Positions 26,600 through 37,009 of a stretch of DNA of 64,000 nucleotides are shown one piece after another. This DNA is from an uncultured Chitinophaga sp. (GTDB taxonomy: Bacteria; Bacteroidota; Bacteroidia; Bacteroidales; GCA-2748055), in contig CAYGFI010000002.1 in the NCBI GenBank assembly GCA_964349045.1, positions 39,879-103,878 on the forward strand, in the 5' to 3' direction. How positions within the stretch are numbered: the stretch's first letter is position 1; each line of letters begins with the position of its first letter. The notes below the pieces were generated by a model that searched no databases, was not told where the DNA came from, and was given only the letters and a program-made list of their open reading frames with translations. The position numbers and the translations under genes are program-made.

Positions 26600-27055
26600 C
26601 TACTCATTGTTTATTTTTAATAGCTCGTCTATTATATTTTCAGAAATCCTGAAATCAGTAAGCAATAAACTATCAATTATAGGCCTGACAGCACCAATTA
26701 CCCCTATCTGCTTTGCTTTGGTTATTACGCCCAGGGTGCCGGTAAATTTTAAATTTAACTTCAAGGCCAACTTTCTGGCTTTCAAGTCATCTATTAAAAG
26801 CAATGGATTTTCAATTTCCTTTGCCAAAGCAATTGCACTAGCTTCCCCTCTATCAATTTGTGTTTCAATAAACTCCTGATATTTTTTGTCCTTAACTTCC
26901 TTTATTATAATCCAATCCGGCAGATTCTCTGAAAACTCCTGAGCGACCTCGGGTGTGGTTATTACATTATCATAAACCTTTCGAAGTATATCCAATTGTC
27001 CGATCTTATTAAATATGATCAAACAACTTGTATCAGAAATTACAATACTATGCAT
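26600..27055 (-). CDS. DUF3368-type PIN-like toxin
   Basis: MHSIVISDTSCLIIFNKIGQLDILRKVYDNVITTPEVAQE...RGEASAIALAKE...LLIDDLKARKLA.. . Start refined to ATG 27055, which overlaps the upstream UPF0175 gene's stop (27048-27050) by 8 nt. Maximal ORF reaches 27127. Confidence 0.75.
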   Translation of the reverse strand: MHSIVISDTSCLIIFNKIGQLDILRKVYDNVITTPEVAQEFSENLPDWIIIKEVKDKKYQEFIETQIDRGEASAIALAKEIENPLLLIDDLKARKLALKLNLKFTGTLGVITKAKQIGVIGAVRPIIDSLLLTDFRISENIIDELLKINNE

Positions 27056-27275
27056 TGGATATATCAGAATGCAAATCCGACAAAGAATTACTGAAAACAG
27101 AAACCCTGTATCTACCCATAATCTCAATAAAAGTTCTTTTGGATAAACCTGCTAATTTAGCAGCTTGGCCTGATGATAATTTGCCATCCTCATATAACTT
27201 AGTAGCAATTATCATTGTGTATTCATGGTCCTTTAAATCAACATCATCTGGTACCTGCAGATTTATTGTTTTCAT
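27048..27275 (-). CDS. UPF0175-family antitoxin
   Basis: 75 aa: ..MIIATKLYEDGKLSSGQAAKLAGLSKRTFIEIMGRY.. (HTH-like). It is the canonical partner of DUF3368 genes and overlaps the toxin start. Confidence 0.75.
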   Translation of the reverse strand: MKTINLQVPDDVDLKDHEYTMIIATKLYEDGKLSSGQAAKLAGLSKRTFIEIMGRYRVSVFSNSLSDLHSDISNA

Positions 27276-27478
27276 GCTATCACATTTTATAAATACAAAG
27301 ATACGACTTTTTCCAATGGTTCAAGATTCAAAATCAGCTTAAATGACAGAAACACCAGGGTAACATTTAATCAAACTAATGTGTATCGTTTAATATTTCA
27401 AATTTAAGCGCCAAAATCTAATTCCTTCCATCAATACATATATATTAAGGTGAAATCGAACTCCTATGAAATGAATTC

Positions 27479-28036
27479 TCAATAAAGTCTCGTCCCCAAG
27501 TCACAAGCCCTGATTAGCTTATCAAGCCGGGCCATCCGGGTAGCTTCCTGTTTGGCTGCCATTATCCAGTACATCCTTGTTTTCTGATAGGAAGGAGGCT
27601 GGGATTTAAAAAAGTTCCAGGCTTTTTCATTTCTTAAAAATATACTTTCCAGATATTCAGGAAATCTTTCGGGTCTGTTTTCATAGCTATAAACTTCTGA
27701 TTTCTCTTCCCTGCGTTTGCTAAAAAGCTCCAGGCCAGCCGGCTGCATTAATCCTTTCTCAATAAGGATTTCAACTTTTCTGATGTTAACAGTACTCCAG
27801 TTACTTTTTGGCCTTCGGGGAGTAAACCTGATACAATAACTACTGTTATCAATTGTTCTGCGTATTCCATCGATCCAGCCATAGCACAGGGCTTCATCCA
27901 CAGACTGTGGCCAGGTCATGCTGGGTTTGCCTGTACCGACCTTAAAAAACCCAACAATTATTTCCAATTCTTTTTTATGGTTTTTTTCCAGCCATTGGCG
28001 AAAGTCGGATTGGTTTTTGAAAAATACGGCATTCAT
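27479..28036 (-). CDS. YdeI/OmpD-associated family protein
   Basis: 185 aa: ..FRQWLEKNH....VGFFKVGTGKPSMTWPQSVDEALCYGWIDGIRR..D..SY.IRFTPRR..SNWS..N.. is typical of the family. Confidence 0.75.
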   Translation of the reverse strand: MNAVFFKNQSDFRQWLEKNHKKELEIIVGFFKVGTGKPSMTWPQSVDEALCYGWIDGIRRTIDNSSYCIRFTPRRPKSNWSTVNIRKVEILIEKGLMQPAGLELFSKRREEKSEVYSYENRPERFPEYLESIFLRNEKAWNFFKSQPPSYQKTRMYWIMAAKQEATRMARLDKLIRACDLGTRLY

Positions 28037-28055
28037 CGTGCAATTTTAATTCAGT

Positions 28056-29696
28056 TTAATCAAAAATATATAATTGAAATCTCTGAATAGCATAATCACC
28101 AACCGGAATACGTATATGCCTTCCCTGGTGTGTTTGATCTCCGTTTAAATGCCGTAATATGGTCCATACATTATTTTCAAATTTACCTTCATCAGCTTTC
28201 AGTATACCGGCATTTAACAAATCATTTTTCAAGGGTCTGAATGTAACGACTATGCCCGATCCGGCAATATAGAATTCGTCCGTGTCAGTTTGTATCAATA
28301 TTGCGCTTGCCATTGGCCATTCATTGTCAGTAGCGCCGGGCGACCAGCCTAATGTATGATCATGGCGAAAAGTAAATTCATATTTCCCAAGATTAATGAT
28401 TGTATCCTGATTCTGTTTATCAAGTAAAACACCTTCGATTCTATCCTTTCCCTGATTTGACGCAATAGTTGTTGAAAGCTGTGCAATCAGGTTATACATC
28501 TTTCCCAGTGGTTCATCCTTTGGATTATCAACTGACTCGATAGAAAAAGGTGAGAAACCAAGCGCATTGTAATGGCCAATTGCAAAAACTGACTTAAATG
28601 CAGCCGTATTATCAAACCGATGCTCGGGGATAAATAATGGATTTCCCTGGCGGGAAAATAAATCGCACCAATGCTTAAATTCAGGGAAATAAATATCTGG
28701 CGCAAGAAAATCAATGGACGACCCTGCTGCCTTCCATACATCCATCAAATGAGGTAATGGTCCACCGCTTGGATAACCTTTTCCAGGCTCCCTGCCCTGT
28801 CTGTTTAAGGCAGCATTAACAAACATGGGTAAGGGATAAATATTTTTCCCGGCTTCGATAAGGGTGTTCGTATATTTTGAAAAATACCATGCCATAAATA
28901 TTTCATCCGTTTGTAAACCCTTTCCAAAAACTTCTTCCCAATTTCCTGAAATTTTCATTCCATTGGCTTTCCAGAGGTTTAAAAACTCAGGTACAAGATT
29001 TGCGCTGTTGTGTTGCATGTAATTAATTAATTCCGGGGGAACATCCGTTTTAAACGCTTCATTTGCCAAGGGATGATAATCTCGCGCTGAAGGAAGCATT
29101 CCTATTTCATTTTCCACCTGTACCATAATTACAGTATGGTGGTTTTGATCAAAATCCTTAATAAAACCCATGAAATTTTTAAAAGCATTCAAATCTGCCA
29201 TTAAATTATTTTCACTAAAGGGAGTCAAAATTTCATAGCTTCGGTTTTTATCATCTTTAACTCTTGGAAACCTTTCCTGATTTAATTTAAGCCAGACAGG
29301 AGAATGACTTGACATACTATTTTTCCAGGATGCGAACCAGAGAAACACTATCTTTAAGTTGTTATTCCGGGCCTCTGTAATTAATTGTTTTACAAGGGAA
29401 AAATCAAATTTCCCTTCCTCGGCTTCCATAAGTTCCCAATAAACCGGCATTAACACGGTGTTGAGATTCATGTCTTTCAGTTTTGGCCAGATGGGTTGCA
29501 TGTACTGAATCGTTGTTGCTGAGGAATTTCCCAATTCTCCCCCAAGAATAATAAAGGGATTACCGTCAATTATTAATTGGGTGACCTTATCCTTTTTTTG
29601 AAGATATGGGATAGTGTCCTGGCATGGACTGATCCGGACAATAAATACAGAAATTAAAAGAAGGCTCAATTTTAAAAAGGAATTCATGGCATTCAT
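28056..29696 (-). CDS. Clan GH-A beta-galactosidase-like hydrolase (GH35/42-like N-domain with DUF5597-like C-domain)
   Basis: Signal peptide MNAMNSFLKLSLLLISVF. ..FIILGGELGNSSA.., ..VLMPVYWELMEAEEGKFDF.., ..VQVENEIG.. (acid/base Glu context). Maximal ORF reaches 29720. Confidence 0.65.
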   Translation of the reverse strand: MNAMNSFLKLSLLLISVFIVRISPCQDTIPYLQKKDKVTQLIIDGNPFIILGGELGNSSATTIQYMQPIWPKLKDMNLNTVLMPVYWELMEAEEGKFDFSLVKQLITEARNNNLKIVFLWFASWKNSMSSHSPVWLKLNQERFPRVKDDKNRSYEILTPFSENNLMADLNAFKNFMGFIKDFDQNHHTVIMVQVENEIGMLPSARDYHPLANEAFKTDVPPELINYMQHNSANLVPEFLNLWKANGMKISGNWEEVFGKGLQTDEIFMAWYFSKYTNTLIEAGKNIYPLPMFVNAALNRQGREPGKGYPSGGPLPHLMDVWKAAGSSIDFLAPDIYFPEFKHWCDLFSRQGNPLFIPEHRFDNTAAFKSVFAIGHYNALGFSPFSIESVDNPKDEPLGKMYNLIAQLSTTIASNQGKDRIEGVLLDKQNQDTIINLGKYEFTFRHDHTLGWSPGATDNEWPMASAILIQTDTDEFYIAGSGIVVTFRPLKNDLLNAGILKADEGKFENNVWTILRHLNGDQTHQGRHIRIPVGDYAIQRFQLYIFD

Positions 29697-29900
29697 TTTT
29701 TTATTGATTCTAAGGTACAATTCATTAATGACTTTTTACCAGTTAATGGGTTTGTCACCTAATTCCCTGAATTAATCAGATCATTTTATAGAATAATTCT
29801 TTTGCCTCTGAAGTGAAATGTTATTTATGCAATCCACCTTTTACAGGCTGAATTGTTAGCATAAAAAAAATGGAGAAAGGTTCGTGCAACCGGACAAAAC

Positions 29901-32552
29901 TCATTCCCTCAAAATACCGATCTGCTTCTCCAGGGAGCTGATTTTCGACTCTGCATCGGCCTTCTTGGCCAGCTCGAGTTCCAGTACATGCTTTGGTGCA
30001 TTCTGAACAAACTTCTGGTTTTCAAGCTTTTTCAGAACGGAATTGAGGAACCCCTGAGTGTAATCAAGCTCCTTTTCGAGTTTTACCAGCTCCTCTTCGG
30101 TATTCAGAAGATTTCCCAGCGGAACATAAAACTCAACATTCTTAACCATAAATGAACCTGCCGTTTCATTTTTTTCTGTTACTAACCGTACATCGGAAAC
30201 ATTGGCCATCTTTTTAATCACCTCGTTGAAGCGGGGACTGAACGCGCTTTCGGCATCAATATAATCAAGCTCCAGTACTTCCTTCATGGCTATGTTTTTG
30301 TCGTTCCGGATGGTACGAACGCCTCCGATAATTTCCCGGGTCAGATCAAACTGAGCCATTATGGCTTCATCTACATTCCCTGTCCGGGGCATCTTCGAGA
30401 TCATAATACTTGCGCCTTCTTCCCGCTTCTTTATCAGGTGCCAGATCTCTTCGGTGATGAACGGCATAAACGGGTGCAGCAAAAGTGTCAGTTTTTCAAA
30501 AAATCCTATTGTACTTTCAAGAGTCGCTTTGTCAATTGGCTTCTGGTAAGCCGGTTTCACAATCTCGAGGTACCAGGATGAAAACTCGTCCCAAAAGAGT
30601 TTGTAAACGATCATCAGCGCTTCGGAAAGGCGGAAACGATCGAAATGTTCGTTGAGTGAACGGATCGATTCGTTTAATTTTGAATCGAACCAGAGAATAG
30701 CCGTTCGCGCTGATTCGGGCTGGGCCAGCCTTTCATCAGCTTCCCATGAATTAACAAGACGAAACGCGTTCCAGATTTTATTTCCAAAATTTCGTCCCTG
30801 CCCGGTAAGACTCTCATCAAAGAGCAGGTCGTTCCCGGCAGGTGAGCAAAACAGCATACCCACGCGAACACCGTCGGCCGTATATTTCTTCATCAGTTCG
30901 ATGGGATCGGGGGAGTTGCCCAGAGATTTCGACATTTTCCTGTGCTGTGTATCGCGTACAATTCCCGTGAGATAAACATTTTTAAATGGTTTATCATTAC
31001 GATATTCGTACCCGGCCATAATCATCCGGGCCACCCAGAAAAACAGTATTTCCGGAGCGGTTACGAGGTCATTGGTGGGATAATAATAGTTAATGTCGGC
31101 GTTACCGGGATTTCTGATCCCGTCGAAAACCGATATGGGCCAGAGCCATGATGAGAACCATGTATCGAGTACATCCTCATCCTGTCGAAGATCTGAAACT
31201 TTTAAACCGGAATTTCCTGTTTTTTCAATAGCGAGGGAGAGTGCTTCTTCGGCATTCATGGCAACCACGTAATCATTGGGACCGTCGGCATAAAAATAAG
31301 CAGGAATGCGCTGCCCCCACCATAGCTGACGGGAAATACACCAGTCTTTAAGGTTTTCCATCCAGTGCCGGTAGGTGTTTTTGAATTTCACGGGATGCAG
31401 TTTTATCTCATCATTCAGAACATTTTCCAATGCCGGTTTTGCCAGTTCTTTCATGTCGAGGAACCACTGCAGGGAAAGTTTTGGTTCAATAACGGCATCA
31501 GTACGCTCAGAAAATCCGACTTTATTTACGTAATCCTCGGTTTTCAGCAGATAGCCCTTTTCTTCAAGTACTTTTACAATCTTTTTCCGAACCACGAAAC
31601 GGTCCTCTCCCACGAACCACTGTGCTTTTTCGCTGAGGGTTCCGTTGGGATTGAAAATGTCGATCGATTCGAGGTTGTATTTTAATCCAAGGGTATAGTC
31701 GTTCACATCGTGTGCCGGGGTAACTTTCAAAGCGCCAGTACCGAATTCCATATCCACATATTCGTCGCGGATAACGGGTACAGGCCTGTCAACTAAGGGA
31801 ATGATAACTTTTTTCCCATGGAATTCCTTGAAGCGATAATCATTGGGATTTACGCAAACAGCGGTATCTCCAAGTATGGTTTCCGGACGCGTGGTTGCAA
31901 TAACAATGAATGCATCTTCGCCCTGAACCGGGTATTTGATATAATACAGTTTTGACTGTAGCTCGCGGTAAATAACTTCCTCATCGGAAACGGCAGTAAG
32001 GGCTTGCGGATCCCAGTTTACCATGCGCACCCCACGATAAATAAATCCCTTTTTATACATATCGTTAAACACACGGATCACACTTTCGGACATGGCATCG
32101 TCCATGGTAAATTTTGTTCGTCGCCAGTCGCATGAGGCGCCTAATTTTTTAAGTTGTTCGAGAATGATCCCTCCGTGTTTCTGCCTCCAATCCCATGCAT
32201 GATTCAGGAACTCCTCCCTGCTCAGGCTTGTTTTTTCAATTCCTTCTTCTCTGAGCTTATAAACCACGCGTGCCTCTGTAGCAATGGATGCATGGTCGGT
32301 ACCCGGCACCCAGAGTGCATTTTTACCAAGCATCCGCGCACGGCGGATCAGTACATCCTGTATGGTATTGTTTAGCATGTGTCCCATATGAAGAACACCG
32401 GTCACGTTAGGCGGAGGAATAACAATGGTATAGGGTTCGCGTTCATCGGGATCGGAGTTGAAGAATCCATGATCCATCCAGTATTTGTACCATTTGTCCT
32501 CGGTAAGTGAAGCATCGTATTTCGAAGGAATGTTCATTGTTTCAATTGACAT
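29901..32552 (-). CDS. valS: Valine--tRNA ligase
   Basis: 883 aa. HIGH-type motif ..[17 protein letters not shown].., KMSKS motif ..[14 protein letters not shown].., coiled-coil C-terminus. An alternative start is ATG 32537 (MNIPSKYD). Confidence 0.95.
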   Translation of the reverse strand: MSIETMNIPSKYDASLTEDKWYKYWMDHGFFNSDPDEREPYTIVIPPPNVTGVLHMGHMLNNTIQDVLIRRARMLGKNALWVPGTDHASIATEARVVYKLREEGIEKTSLSREEFLNHAWDWRQKHGGIILEQLKKLGASCDWRRTKFTMDDAMSESVIRVFNDMYKKGFIYRGVRMVNWDPQALTAVSDEEVIYRELQSKLYYIKYPVQGEDAFIVIATTRPETILGDTAVCVNPNDYRFKEFHGKKVIIPLVDRPVPVIRDEYVDMEFGTGALKVTPAHDVNDYTLGLKYNLESIDIFNPNGTLSEKAQWFVGEDRFVVRKKIVKVLEEKGYLLKTEDYVNKVGFSERTDAVIEPKLSLQWFLDMKELAKPALENVLNDEIKLHPVKFKNTYRHWMENLKDWCISRQLWWGQRIPAYFYADGPNDYVVAMNAEEALSLAIEKTGNSGLKVSDLRQDEDVLDTWFSSWLWPISVFDGIRNPGNADINYYYPTNDLVTAPEILFFWVARMIMAGYEYRNDKPFKNVYLTGIVRDTQHRKMSKSLGNSPDPIELMKKYTADGVRVGMLFCSPAGNDLLFDESLTGQGRNFGNKIWNAFRLVNSWEADERLAQPESARTAILWFDSKLNESIRSLNEHFDRFRLSEALMIVYKLFWDEFSSWYLEIVKPAYQKPIDKATLESTIGFFEKLTLLLHPFMPFITEEIWHLIKKREEGASIMISKMPRTGNVDEAIMAQFDLTREIIGGVRTIRNDKNIAMKEVLELDYIDAESAFSPRFNEVIKKMANVSDVRLVTEKNETAGSFMVKNVEFYVPLGNLLNTEEELVKLEKELDYTQGFLNSVLKKLENQKFVQNAPKHVLELELAKKADAESKISSLEKQIGILRE

Positions 32553-32580
32553 GAAGCGTAAAAATCAATTTTGAATAGTG

Positions 32581-32588
32581 CAAAAATA
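32581..32588 (-). promoter_or_regulatory. Candidate -7 box (TATTTTTG on the minus strand) for valS
   Basis: Plus-strand caaaaata is the reverse complement of TAnnTTTG. It lies 28 nt upstream of ATG 32552. Confidence 0.3.
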
Positions 32589-32635
32589 GCAATAAGTAAG
32601 GAAAAATTGAGTGATATGGGGGAATTGGAGGAAAA

Positions 32636-32718
32636 TTAAGCGCAAAGGCGCCAGGGCGCAGATTAAAACGCAAATCTAAAATTGCGTTAGGCTTGCGTCT
32701 TTGCGACATTGCGCTTAA
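32636..32718. repeat. 83-nt nested imperfect palindrome built from GCGCAAAG-type octamers
   Basis: Outer perfect 10-bp stem ttaagcgcaa / ttgcgcttaa (32636-45 / 32709-18). Inner perfect 7-bp stem aacgcaa / ttgcgtt (32667-73 / 32682-88). Arms read gcgcaaag gcgccagg gcgcagat ... ttgcgtta ggcttgcg tctttgcg. It starts 5 nt past the GH88/105 stop. Confidence 0.85.
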
Positions 32719-32722
32719 AAAA

Positions 32723-33880
32723 TTAGTTCTCAAAAACCAATGTCCCAATAATAAACGACCCGAAAGCCGCAAACGGGCTCACTTCTTTAGGCTGGGAAAT
32801 ATAGTCGTTATATGAGTTTTGTACTCCGATGCTGCTGCAGTCAATGAGATCGACAAATCCCTGATTGTTGGTGACAGTTTTTTTAATGATGCCGGAATAT
32901 GCTTTATCAACAACCGGCTGGAAGACATCTGAAGAAATATAACCGTTGTCTATTGACTTCTGCAGAAGGTAGATAAACATTCCAGTACCGGAGGTTTCAT
33001 TCCAGTTTCCGGTTTCAAGAGGTTTATCCACTACCTGGCACCACATCCCGGTCTCCGGGTCTGCCGAATTTTTCAGTCCATCGCATAATTTTTTTAAAGC
33101 ATCCATCAGTTTTGCCCGCCCCGGCTGGTTTTCAGGCAGGTAATCAAAGACATCAGCAATAAGCACTGCAAACCAACCGAGACCTTCGCTCCATACTTCG
33201 GGTGCCAGACCGGTATTTTTATCGGCCCAGGATGCTGTTTTATTTTCATTCCACCCATGCAGCAATAAACCATTTTCTTTCTGACATTTTCCGATAATCA
33301 GAGTTATCTGGTTAACAACCTCGTTAAAGGCAGAGCTATCGTTCATGAGTTTGCCGAAACGCGCATTGAAAATCTGACCCATAAATACTCCATCTACCCA
33401 AACCTGATCTTTGGACCATTCCTGGGATGAATGCAGGAAGAGTCCGTTCCCGGCCCTCGGATATCCCCCGAAACCTTTCGAAACATGGGTTGCAGCAGTT
33501 TTATATTTTTCAAGACCTGTTTGTTCGTACATGAAAAGAATTGCATATCCCGGAAGAAAATTATCGAGAGCATCGTTTACAAAATCAGGAACATTGCCCT
33601 GTTCATCCACCTGCTGATCCACGTAGCGTTTGATGTAATTGAAGTAAACAGAATCACCTGTTTTATGCCACATTTTCTCCATGGCAAACATGATGTAGCC
33701 GGCCTGCCAGCTGAAGTGGTTGGATTGACCGGCCCAATGAATTGAATCGGGATCAGGAAAGCGGCGGATGAAATCTTTTGCAACCTGAATTGAAAGTCCA
33801 GGTGTTTTCTGAACAATATCGGAACAACAGGTAATCAAAAATCCAATAATTAGCGTTGAAAATATTGCTTTTATAAACAT
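32723..33880 (-). CDS. Glycoside hydrolase family 88/105 (unsaturated glucuronyl/rhamnogalacturonyl hydrolase-like) lipoprotein
   Basis: MFIKAIFSTLIIGFLITCCS lipoprotein signal. ..HWAGQSNHFSWQAGYIMFAM.., ..QVWVDGVFMG.., ..GLLLHGWNE.., ..WSEGLGWF.. are typical of YteR/UGL-type (alpha/alpha)6 hydrolases. Maximal ORF reaches 33943. Confidence 0.8.
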   Translation of the reverse strand: MFIKAIFSTLIIGFLITCCSDIVQKTPGLSIQVAKDFIRRFPDPDSIHWAGQSNHFSWQAGYIMFAMEKMWHKTGDSVYFNYIKRYVDQQVDEQGNVPDFVNDALDNFLPGYAILFMYEQTGLEKYKTAATHVSKGFGGYPRAGNGLFLHSSQEWSKDQVWVDGVFMGQIFNARFGKLMNDSSAFNEVVNQITLIIGKCQKENGLLLHGWNENKTASWADKNTGLAPEVWSEGLGWFAVLIADVFDYLPENQPGRAKLMDALKKLCDGLKNSADPETGMWCQVVDKPLETGNWNETSGTGMFIYLLQKSIDNGYISSDVFQPVVDKAYSGIIKKTVTNNQGFVDLIDCSSIGVQNSYNDYISQPKEVSPFAAFGSFIIGTLVFEN

Positions 33881-33939
33881 AATTATAGAGATTAAATTCA
33901 GATTCCGGAAGTATAATAAAATACCGGAACAAAATATTC

Positions 33940-35064
33940 TCATTTAAAAAAGTTATAGAAATTCAATCTGTTGATTGTATGAAATTCTGCTTCAGTGTAA
34001 TTCTCCCGAAAAGCCATTGGTGGTTTAACCTCTTTATCACCCCATTTGAACTCAAATGCCTTTAAAGTGGAATCACTTTCCTCTATTAAATCAATCTCCT
34101 GCTGATCGTAAGTGCGCCAGTAATAATAAGAAGTAAATGATTGATCATAATGTCCTTTTTTAATTCTTTCCGAAATGCAGAAATTCTCCCAAAGTTTTCC
34201 AGAGTCATCCCGAAGATCTAAAGGATTAAAGCTGGAAATTATGGAATTTCGAATCCCATTATCCCAGTAATAATATCGAGGTGACTTAGTTATTTCCTTT
34301 CTGAGATTCCGACTAAATCCATTAAGTCTAAATATAATGTATGTCTTTTCAAAGAGCTCGAGATAGCGTTGTATTGTCTTCACTGTAGTTCGAAGATTGG
34401 AAGCCAACTCATTATAAGAAACATCATTACCAATCTGAAAAGCAATAAGTCGTAAAAGATTCATTACAAATAGGCTGTCTTTGAGATTATCGAGTTGTAG
34501 AATATCCTTCAATAAATAACCATTTCTTATATTTTCCAGAATTTGCTTTTTCCTTTTATCAGTATTCGCATTAAAAACCTGTGGATACATTCCAAATACC
34601 AGAAATGCAGGTAATTGTCTTAAGGTCGATATATAATCATCAGATATTTCATCAACAGAAAAAGGATAAAGATTGAAAAATATTGATCTCCCGGTAAGGG
34701 GTTCCCCAATCTTATTCCGCAAATCAAATGAAGCTGAACCTGTAACAAAAACATTAATCCCGGGGTTTGTATCAACCAATAGTTTCAGATTTGCACCAAT
34801 TTCCGGAATGTTTTGAGATTCATCAACAAACAGATATTCATATCCACTAACTATATTTTTCAGTACTGTTTCACTCTTGCTTGATAGAATTCTTGAAACA
34901 TCGTAATCCTCACCATTAAGATACAAAATTCTTTTGCTTACCAAATCCCTCATAATCTCTTTCATAAGCACAGTTTTCCCCGTTCTTCTTGCACCAAACA
35001 AAACTGAAACTCTTCCTGGTTCAAATGATTCAATCAACTGATTTTTAATTGCCCTGGAGATCAT
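33940..35064 (-). CDS. AAA-family ATPase with C-terminal DUF4143 (paralog 1)
   Basis: Walker A GARRTGKT, Walker B-like ..YLFVDESQ.. . C-terminal ..YYWRTYDQQEIDLIEESDSTLKAFEFKW.. is nuclease-like (D...E.K). Clear paralog of 58624..59757. Confidence 0.85.
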   Translation of the reverse strand: MISRAIKNQLIESFEPGRVSVLFGARRTGKTVLMKEIMRDLVSKRILYLNGEDYDVSRILSSKSETVLKNIVSGYEYLFVDESQNIPEIGANLKLLVDTNPGINVFVTGSASFDLRNKIGEPLTGRSIFFNLYPFSVDEISDDYISTLRQLPAFLVFGMYPQVFNANTDKRKKQILENIRNGYLLKDILQLDNLKDSLFVMNLLRLIAFQIGNDVSYNELASNLRTTVKTIQRYLELFEKTYIIFRLNGFSRNLRKEITKSPRYYYWDNGIRNSIISSFNPLDLRDDSGKLWENFCISERIKKGHYDQSFTSYYYWRTYDQQEIDLIEESDSTLKAFEFKWGDKEVKPPMAFRENYTEAEFHTINRLNFYNFFK

Positions 35065-35082
35065 TTATAATATATTGGTATA

Positions 35083-35090
35083 CAAATTTA
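35083..35090 (-). promoter_or_regulatory. Candidate -7 box (TAAATTTG on the minus strand) for ATPase paralog 1
   Basis: Plus-strand caaattta lies 18 nt upstream of ATG 35064, in a very AT-rich 204-nt spacer. Confidence 0.35.
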
Positions 35091-35268
35091 GGTAATTTTA
35101 TATACAATGATATATGTTTTTACATTAATAATCATACTGTTTATGATAATTTGACTATTGAAAAAGAATAATTTGTCATAGAATTCCATTCAAATAATCA
35201 ATAGCACATAAAGCAAAAAAAGAATAATCTCAGTTTTCATGCTAACTAATACCTTGAAACGTACCTAA

Positions 35269-36894
35269 TTAATTTTCATATATATTATTCAAAAACAAAT
35301 ACCTCGCATCATCCAATGCATCTGTCGCTTTTGATTCAACATCAATTATCATTACCGGTGGAGTGAGATCAGTTGCATCTGCAGCAGGCCATACCGGTAC
35401 ATTTTCCCCATTCGGATTGCCGGTTTTAACAAAATTGGCAAAGTAATCCTTCATAGTTTCAGAAACAATATGATCTTCTTTTGTCCATGCATATTCAGAA
35501 GCCAGGTAAAGATTACCCATGCAATATTCTATTTCTGAGGCATGTGATGCACCAACCGGTCCGGGCATTTCAGGTGCGCTATCGTCTTTCTTCACTGTTC
35601 CACCAGCCAGTCCTGCCTCAAGCGATTTATCAACGAGAGGTGGTCTGATTCTGCAAAAAAGATAACGGTACACGGGCTGTGAGCTGTTTTTCCTGTGCAG
35701 GTCGAACCACTTCCAGGTGCTATAGGAAATAAACCTGTCCGAAGCGAGTGCCGTGGCCGACAGCTCAATTTCTTTATCAGAGCCATGTGGATATAGTTTA
35801 AGAACTTCTTCAAAATCATTGGGATAGGCCTCTTTGACTTTATTTAAATAGTTTTCTTCTGTATATGGTCCCTGGGTAAAAGCAAAGCCGGGTATTTCGG
35901 CTGAATTCCATCCTAAAAGTAAAGGTACCTGTGCCTGTTGCCTGGTATTAAATATCTCAGGAAGGGTTTTTGGATAAAAATACCCATCCAATACTGTTGG
36001 AAAACCGAAGCGTCCTGATTTTTGATAAATCTCAAAAATTTCATTTGTGCTAAGTTTTCTTAAGTCAGCCAGGGATGAATATCCTGCGTTTGCTGCAAAC
36101 TCAAGCCCGGCTTTTTCTCCTTCAGAAAGAGGCACAGGAGCAAGTGTTGGGTAGATTGCAGCGCCGCTTTCGCCAATGGCTCCTGCAATGAAGTTTTTCG
36201 AGAGAGGTGATGCCATCTGGGCGCTAACAGAAATTGAACCTGCAGATTCGCCGGCAATTGTTACGCGACCCGGATCTCCACCAAAGGAAATAATATTTAA
36301 CTGAACCCATTTTAATGCAGCACTCTGGTCCAACAGTCCGTAATTCCCTGATGCTTTGTATGGACTTTCGGCGCTAAGTTCAGGATGCACAAAAAAGCCA
36401 AAAATATTTAACCGGTAGTTTACGGTTATTACAACTATTCCCTTTTTTGCCATACTTGCTCCATCGTAGCGGGGTTCGGAACCATCACCGGCCACAAATC
36501 CCCCTCCATAAAAATAAACCAGTACCGGGAGTTGTTCTTTGTTACTTTTGGCAGGAGTCCATACATTGAGGTAAAGACAATCTTCGCTCATTGTGTCTGA
36601 CCTGAAACGCATGTCCCCAAAAACATTAGCCTGTACGGGTCTGGGACCGAATTTTTTAGTTTCCAGCACACCCTTCCAGCTTTCGACCGGTTGGGGCGCT
36701 TTCCACCTGAGATAGCCTACCGGCGGTTTGGCAAAAGGGATACCAAAAAAGTACTTAAGCCCGTCTTGTGTATTTTGAAAACCCTCAATGACGCCGTTTC
36801 TGATTCTCACCTGGGCGGGAGTTGTTTTTAAATCCTGGACAATTCCGGAAAAACTTAAAAGGAGCAATGCTCCATATAGTAAAATGTTTTTCAT
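35269..36894 (-). CDS. Carboxylesterase type B (para-nitrobenzyl-esterase-like), secreted
   Basis: 541 aa with a signal peptide. ..EDCLYLNVWTP.., ..VYFYGGGFVAGDG.., nucleophile elbow ..IAGESAGS.. . Confidence 0.9.
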   Translation of the reverse strand: MKNILLYGALLLLSFSGIVQDLKTTPAQVRIRNGVIEGFQNTQDGLKYFFGIPFAKPPVGYLRWKAPQPVESWKGVLETKKFGPRPVQANVFGDMRFRSDTMSEDCLYLNVWTPAKSNKEQLPVLVYFYGGGFVAGDGSEPRYDGASMAKKGIVVITVNYRLNIFGFFVHPELSAESPYKASGNYGLLDQSAALKWVQLNIISFGGDPGRVTIAGESAGSISVSAQMASPLSKNFIAGAIGESGAAIYPTLAPVPLSEGEKAGLEFAANAGYSSLADLRKLSTNEIFEIYQKSGRFGFPTVLDGYFYPKTLPEIFNTRQQAQVPLLLGWNSAEIPGFAFTQGPYTEENYLNKVKEAYPNDFEEVLKLYPHGSDKEIELSATALASDRFISYSTWKWFDLHRKNSSQPVYRYLFCRIRPPLVDKSLEAGLAGGTVKKDDSAPEMPGPVGASHASEIEYCMGNLYLASEYAWTKEDHIVSETMKDYFANFVKTGNPNGENVPVWPAADATDLTPPVMIIDVESKATDALDDARYLFLNNIYEN

Positions 36895-37009
36895 TTCTTT
36901 TGTTTTTCAAAATTATACAGATGATCGCCTATAAAGATCAAGCAGGAGAATCCCACACCATTTAATTTTGTTATATTTTGAGAGCATTGCCTGTAATTTC
37001 TTTTTTCCA

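Noticed and set aside
27318-27331. The 14-mer ggttcaagattcaa shared with 40178-40191, as evidence of a mobile element
   Set aside because: A handful of exact 14-mer coincidences are expected by chance in 64 kb. There is no extended similarity beyond the 14 nt. I kept it only as a weak note under the 40171-40266 finding.
32542-32772. 76-aa ORF spanning the GH88-valS spacer
   Set aside because: It is initiated at TTG inside the GH88/105 coding region and reads straight through the GCGCAAAG palindrome (..SQRRKPNAILDLRFNLRPGAFA..). It is a translation artefact of the repeat.
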